Assembly (NCBI GenBank): GCA_036479435.1
Contig: JAZGFI010000117.1
Location: forward strand, 1-64,000
Reading direction: 5' to 3'
Origin: Planctomycetota bacterium
Lineage (GTDB): Bacteria; Planctomycetota; GCA-002687715; DRQF01
Length of the DNA: 64,000 bases
In this document: positions 59,959-64,000 of the stretch, one piece after another
Layout: every line of letters begins with the position of its first letter
Position numbering within the stretch: position 1 is the first letter of the stretch
Program-made: the position numbers and the translations under genes
Notes under the pieces: generated by a model
Databases searched by the model: none
What the model was told of the DNA's origin: nothing
The model's input: the letters and a program-made list of their open reading frames with translations, nothing else

Positions 59959-61068
59959 CTAAAGCTTTCCGATCTTTTTGGGTTTTGTGGGCCGCGCCAG
60001 TCGCGGCCGAGCCCAGTGTTTCTCGATGACCCGGGTTACCGCCGGGGCGGTGTGATCAAAATTACTGGGCCGCCTTCGACCGGGGAAGCACTTCCAAAGA
60101 TAGGCACCTTTGATGTACTTCGACTTCGCGAGAGCTTCGAGAGCCACGTCTAGGCAAAGGGTCTGAATGGATTCGGCCGCGAGGCCGTCTGAGTTGTGCT
60201 CCCAGGGGCGGTAGGGCGCATTGAAACTGCGGTTGTATCCCAACTCCGTGAGCAAGATCGGCTTGCCCTGTTTTTTGCCTTCGGCATCCAATTGGCGAAT
60301 CAAATCTTGCCAGCCCTTGGTCAACGCTTGGCGGGTGGGGTTCTTTTTGCTTTGGGTTTCGGCGACGATGGGGAAGTAGGACTGAATGCCGATCGCGTCG
60401 AGGTCTTTCCAAAAAGTGACACGCTTGTAATCGGTCCAGTTCGCGGCGTAAGTGATGCGGCCGCGGTAGACTTTTCGAACGCGAGCAATGATGCGTCGCC
60501 AGTCCGCGTGGTACTGGATGGTCTGATCGAGTTCGGTGCCCACGACGAAGACGTCGGCGCCCGTCGACATGGCTGCGATCTTGACGATCCAATCTTCGTA
60601 GTCGCGAAAAAACCGCCGCCATTCTTTTTTGCTGGTAAAGCGGATGGCACCGCGCCACTTGAATCCAGAACCCCAATAGGCAATGTGGGGCTTCATCATG
60701 ATCTTCATGCCGAGCTTTTTGGCTTCGGCAATAGGGCGGGTGATCCAGATCGGTGGATTTTTGGGATCGTTGAAGCTGCGGTTGTTGACGCGACCGTTTT
60801 TGTAGATGCGAGCGTAGGGATGAATCTGAATCGCGTTGACCCCGCTGGCGCGCAGAGATTTCATGCGAGTGACCATCGCATCGGTGCCCCAGATGCGCCC
60901 GGAGCCGGGGCAAGAGATCACCATCCCGCGCTCAAAGGTCGTGGTCTTGTCTCGCGGCAATCTCAGGCTTGTGCTGGGAGCTTGGGCGAATATCGGACCT
61001 GCCGTTAAGGCCAGAAAAACGGCTGCGAAAAGTCTGGTTGTTGCCGGTGGCAAGGTCGGGTTCCACAT
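59959..61068 (-). CDS. Secreted glycoside hydrolase family 113-like TIM barrel
   Basis: MMKPHI, WRGAI, GTEL, TYAANW, IGIQSYFP, TELGY. Confidence 0.8.
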   Translation of the reverse strand: MWNPTLPPATTRLFAAVFLALTAGPIFAQAPSTSLRLPRDKTTTFERGMVISCPGSGRIWGTDAMVTRMKSLRASGVNAIQIHPYARIYKNGRVNNRSFNDPKNPPIWITRPIAEAKKLGMKIMMKPHIAYWGSGFKWRGAIRFTSKKEWRRFFRDYEDWIVKIAAMSTGADVFVVGTELDQTIQYHADWRRIIARVRKVYRGRITYAANWTDYKRVTFWKDLDAIGIQSYFPIVAETQSKKNPTRQALTKGWQDLIRQLDAEGKKQGKPILLTELGYNRSFNAPYRPWEHNSDGLAAESIQTLCLDVALEALAKSKYIKGAYLWKCFPGRRRPSNFDHTAPAVTRVIEKHWARPRLARPTKPKKIGKL

Positions 61069-61144
61069 GGGTTCAGAATAGCTTTCCGCGGGGTCCCTGC
61101 AATCCGAATCGAGAATCCTCGCCCTGGACCGGCCGCGCCGGGGC

Positions 61145-64000
61145 CTAACTCGCTGCGATTGAGCCCGTATTGTCGACTTTGCCGAGGGTCTGGAGGATAC
61201 CCGCGCGGTCCAAAATTTGGGCGATCCGCTCTTTGTCGGCCAACGTCGACTCTCGCACGGTATCGGCGAGGTCCGCGCGCTCTTTTTCGCGCTCGCGATA
61301 AGAAACCGCGAGAGAAGCGATGGCCTCGTCGGGCATAGCCTCGATGGACTCAAAGCCCTCGCGATAGACCAGCCGGGTGGCCATCGTCTTGGCCATGATC
61401 CAGCGTAGATAGGGTTCGGGTGTTTTTTCCCAAACGCGGTTCTTTGCCTTTTCAACGAGCGCGGCCGGCAAGTGTTCGATGACCAGCTCTGCAAAGAGTG
61501 CACGGTGCTCGTCGGTGAGAGAATCGAGCGAAGCTTCTATGGCGTCGGCCGTGCGGATCATGACTCGGCTGAGCCGGACGCTCATCTCGAACAGAGGAAT
61601 TCGCGGGTGCTGGCTCAAAAGACGGATGAGCAACTCCGCTTCTCTGCGTGCCAAGACGCGAAGTTTCTGGAGGACTTGTTGCACAAACTCCTCTTTGATC
61701 TCAAGAAACTCTGATTCCTCGAGAATCATGCAGGCGGCGATCTCGAAACTGGAGGTAATGACCCCGCACTTGTTCGCCGAACTGTCTTTGACGATCAAGA
61801 CCCCTGCCTCGCTCAAGGCGTGTCTCGCCTCGTTCGTCAGATAGATATTGGCACCTTCGACGATCAACCGGCTGCTGGGCTGACCGTCCGGTTGCAGGAA
61901 GTCTCGCCAGTTTCCGGCGTGGATGGTGCCGGGCCTTCCGCCCGCGGGAATGAAAGCATCAGCTTGGAGGCGATTGTGGAGACTGTTGCGAAGGGAGATC
62001 CCGTCCGGGTCGTCGACGCTCGAGATGCGCCCCTCGGGGCCGAGGGATTTCGGATTGAACTCGGCGATTGGCAGCCCGGCCTCTACCAAGCGGCAAAGCT
62101 CGTCGTAGTCGAGTCCTTTAGGATCTTCACCGCAACCACTGCCGTCCGCAATGCCGACGATGCGCGCGTTGTCGCCATACTCGCGGCGGAGAATCTTGAT
62201 TTCATTGCCGGCGACGTCGCCGTCGGGGCCTCCGGTGATCTTCACCGTGAAGGGCTGGTTTTTTGGATCAATGCCGAGGTAGCGCAAGGCGACGTCTAAA
62301 AATACGGTGACGCCCTCGCTCGTCACTCCGTACTCTTTGTGATTGATACCGGCGCCGGGTTTTGAACTCATGAGCGCGGTAGGGCAGGGATAGCCGCGCA
62401 ATCTGGCTCGGTCCACAATCCACTCGATCATCGGTACCGTAATGTTTTCATCGGGGCCGAGATACAAAAGCTCCTCGCATTCCAACAAGTCAACAATGCG
62501 GCTGTTGGTCTCTTCGTCCGGAGTGACCAAGTCGAGCAGCGAGTCGACGAAGGCCTTGACCGATCGTGCGACTGGAGTGCGCGGTTCGATCAAGACAACG
62601 GCTTTTGCGCCGCCTTCTGGGATGTCTTTGTTTTTAAGCTGTTGAGCGAAAGCCAGGCCGTAGACCTCATCGTAGAGGCGTTGAATTTCTCGGGCGTGTT
62701 GATCGGGGCCGATCGTACGAACGGCGCGAATGCCGCCCCGAGAGATGTCGCGGAACCGGACATGGAAGCCGTTGAAGCTGCGGCCGTGGACAAAAAACAC
62801 GCCGTGGGGCATCGCGGTCCGTTCTTCGCGATCGAAGAGGGCGGGGTTTAAGCGAAAAGAAAGGGCGTAGCGGTTCTGAACGAACAGGTTTGTCCGCAGA
62901 GTCGCACCGATTGCGTCCAACAAAGAGGTCAGAATCTGGCGAGAGGATTCGCGATCGACGTTCGTTTCGATGTCGTTTCGCAAGGCGGCCGCTTGGGTCG
63001 AGTAGGCGCCGATGGCCAGAGGAGAGTCGGGGTCAAAGCGCTGGATGAACAGCAACACGATCGCGTGCGAAATTCTGATGTTCTTTTTCACGCACTTCAA
63101 AATGCGATCGCGATCAAAAGCGTCGGCGTTGAGCTTGACTAAGACCTGGTGCGCCAAATGACAAAGCGCCATCAACACTTCGGCTTCGACCAAGCTCAAT
63201 CGGTCGTGTTGCATGAAGAGTCTTCGCGTCGACGCATCGACCCACTTGATGCGCTCGAGGTCGTCACGGACTCGTGGCCAGATTTCGCTGGCGGGGTCGA
63301 GCGCTTTGCCATCGGGGCCACTGACAACGAAGGCGATGTTGACGACGTCTTCGCGCTCGAAGGAGGGAGTTTGCGAAGTGTAGTTGCCGTCGATGGTGTC
63401 GAGGTAGGCGCGATGAATCGTGATGCCCTCGCGGCTCAAGTGGTCCGCGATGCGCATCAAGAGGCTTTTGCTTACGCGCTCTTCTGCGGTGACGACGATT
63501 CGCGAGCGGTCGGGTATCGACTCCATCTCATGGAACACCAAAGCCCCGGAGGTGCCACGGATGGCTCGCCAATTTTCGAACACCCGTGCGAGGCGCAACG
63601 GGGTCAGAGTCGAGACGAGTTCAGCCGAAGCTCGCGAGCAAAAATCGCGAAATTCGGCCTCGTCAAATCCGGAGCACTCTTTTTGGGCGTACTCGGTCGC
63701 GAGTTGGACCTTCGCGAGTTGACTGTCGTCGCTGGCGTCAAAACGGGGCGACACTCCAAACTCGAAGGTGACGAGCATCATGTTGCCGTCGGTCGCCGCG
63801 TGAACTTTCGCGGCGAGGATGGCGCGGTCGTCGGGAAGATCTCGAAGCATCTCCACGAGCGCCGCAGGGTCGGACGTGGAACGAATAAAGGTCCACTTCC
63901 GATCGTCTTCGCTCTTAAGGGTGATCTCGAGGGGAAGCCCTGAAGCTTCGGCGGCGATGATCGCGCGGAGATGACTTAGCCAGTCCCCGTGTTCGGTGTC
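61145..64000 (-). CDS. NAD-specific glutamate dehydrogenase, large type; 5' end outside the window
   Basis: RFRDISRGG, KNKDIPEGGAK, GPDEN, HKEYGVTS, GGPDGDVAGN, EGAN, ANKCGVITSS. Confidence 0.92.
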   Translation of the reverse strand, partial: DTEHGDWLSHLRAIIAAEASGLPLEITLKSEDDRKWTFIRSTSDPAALVEMLRDLPDDRAILAAKVHAATDGNMMLVTFEFGVSPRFDASDDSQLAKVQLATEYAQKECSGFDEAEFRDFCSRASAELVSTLTPLRLARVFENWRAIRGTSGALVFHEMESIPDRSRIVVTAEERVSKSLLMRIADHLSREGITIHRAYLDTIDGNYTSQTPSFEREDVVNIAFVVSGPDGKALDPASEIWPRVRDDLERIKWVDASTRRLFMQHDRLSLVEAEVLMALCHLAHQVLVKLNADAFDRDRILKCVKKNIRISHAIVLLFIQRFDPDSPLAIGAYSTQAAALRNDIETNVDRESSRQILTSLLDAIGATLRTNLFVQNRYALSFRLNPALFDREERTAMPHGVFFVHGRSFNGFHVRFRDISRGGIRAVRTIGPDQHAREIQRLYDEVYGLAFAQQLKNKDIPEGGAKAVVLIEPRTPVARSVKAFVDSLLDLVTPDEETNSRIVDLLECEELLYLGPDENITVPMIEWIVDRARLRGYPCPTALMSSKPGAGINHKEYGVTSEGVTVFLDVALRYLGIDPKNQPFTVKITGGPDGDVAGNEIKILRREYGDNARIVGIADGSGCGEDPKGLDYDELCRLVEAGLPIAEFNPKSLGPEGRISSVDDPDGISLRNSLHNRLQADAFIPAGGRPGTIHAGNWRDFLQPDGQPSSRLIVEGANIYLTNEARHALSEAGVLIVKDSSANKCGVITSSFEIAACMILEESEFLEIKEEFVQQVLQKLRVLARREAELLIRLLSQHPRIPLFEMSVRLSRVMIRTADAIEASLDSLTDEHRALFAELVIEHLPAALVEKAKNRVWEKTPEPYLRWIMAKTMATRLVYREGFESIEAMPDEAIASLAVSYREREKERADLADTVRESTLADKERIAQILDRAGILQTLGKVDNTGSIAAS

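Noticed and set aside
1..64000. Genome-wide UGA=Trp or UAG reassignment to explain in-frame stops
   Set aside because: Many intact genes end in TGA (glyA, mnmG, hemH) or TAG (ferredoxin, ALDH), and TGG is used for Trp throughout.

Overview
GC-rich bacterial window. Gene content (planctomycete-type cytochrome c domain, ECF sigma plus Ser/Thr kinase, MoxR-DUF58-transglutaminase, secreted beta-rich proteins) suggests Planctomycetota, by inference only. All family calls come from motif recognition, not database searches. Bases 1-11050 look like an accessory defence/conflict island with four parts: (i) a coupled minus-strand operon of RloC/Rad50-like ABC-ATPase with a putative HEPN RxxxxH tail, HTH-ImmA/IrrE metallopeptidase and DUF4411 PIN nuclease; (ii) a decayed second copy of the ATPase/peptidase junction; (iii) a three-gene membrane-anchored GTPase system; (iv) a Phd antitoxin whose vapC toxin has collapsed by internal deletion. 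The rest is mostly backbone: glyA, a DUF1998 helicase-UvrD-tandem RHH operon, mnmG, ferredoxin, BoxD/PaaZ-like ALDH, selA-selD-tRNA-Sec, tRNA-Pro, hemH, dinB, a VLRF1 factor, a MoxR operon and partial NAD-glutamate dehydrogenase. Two selenoproteins (SelD and an Rdx/SelW protein) are truncated in the ORF track. There is a candidate bacteriocin-like toxin/immunity pair, and three genes are broken by a single stop or frameshift.
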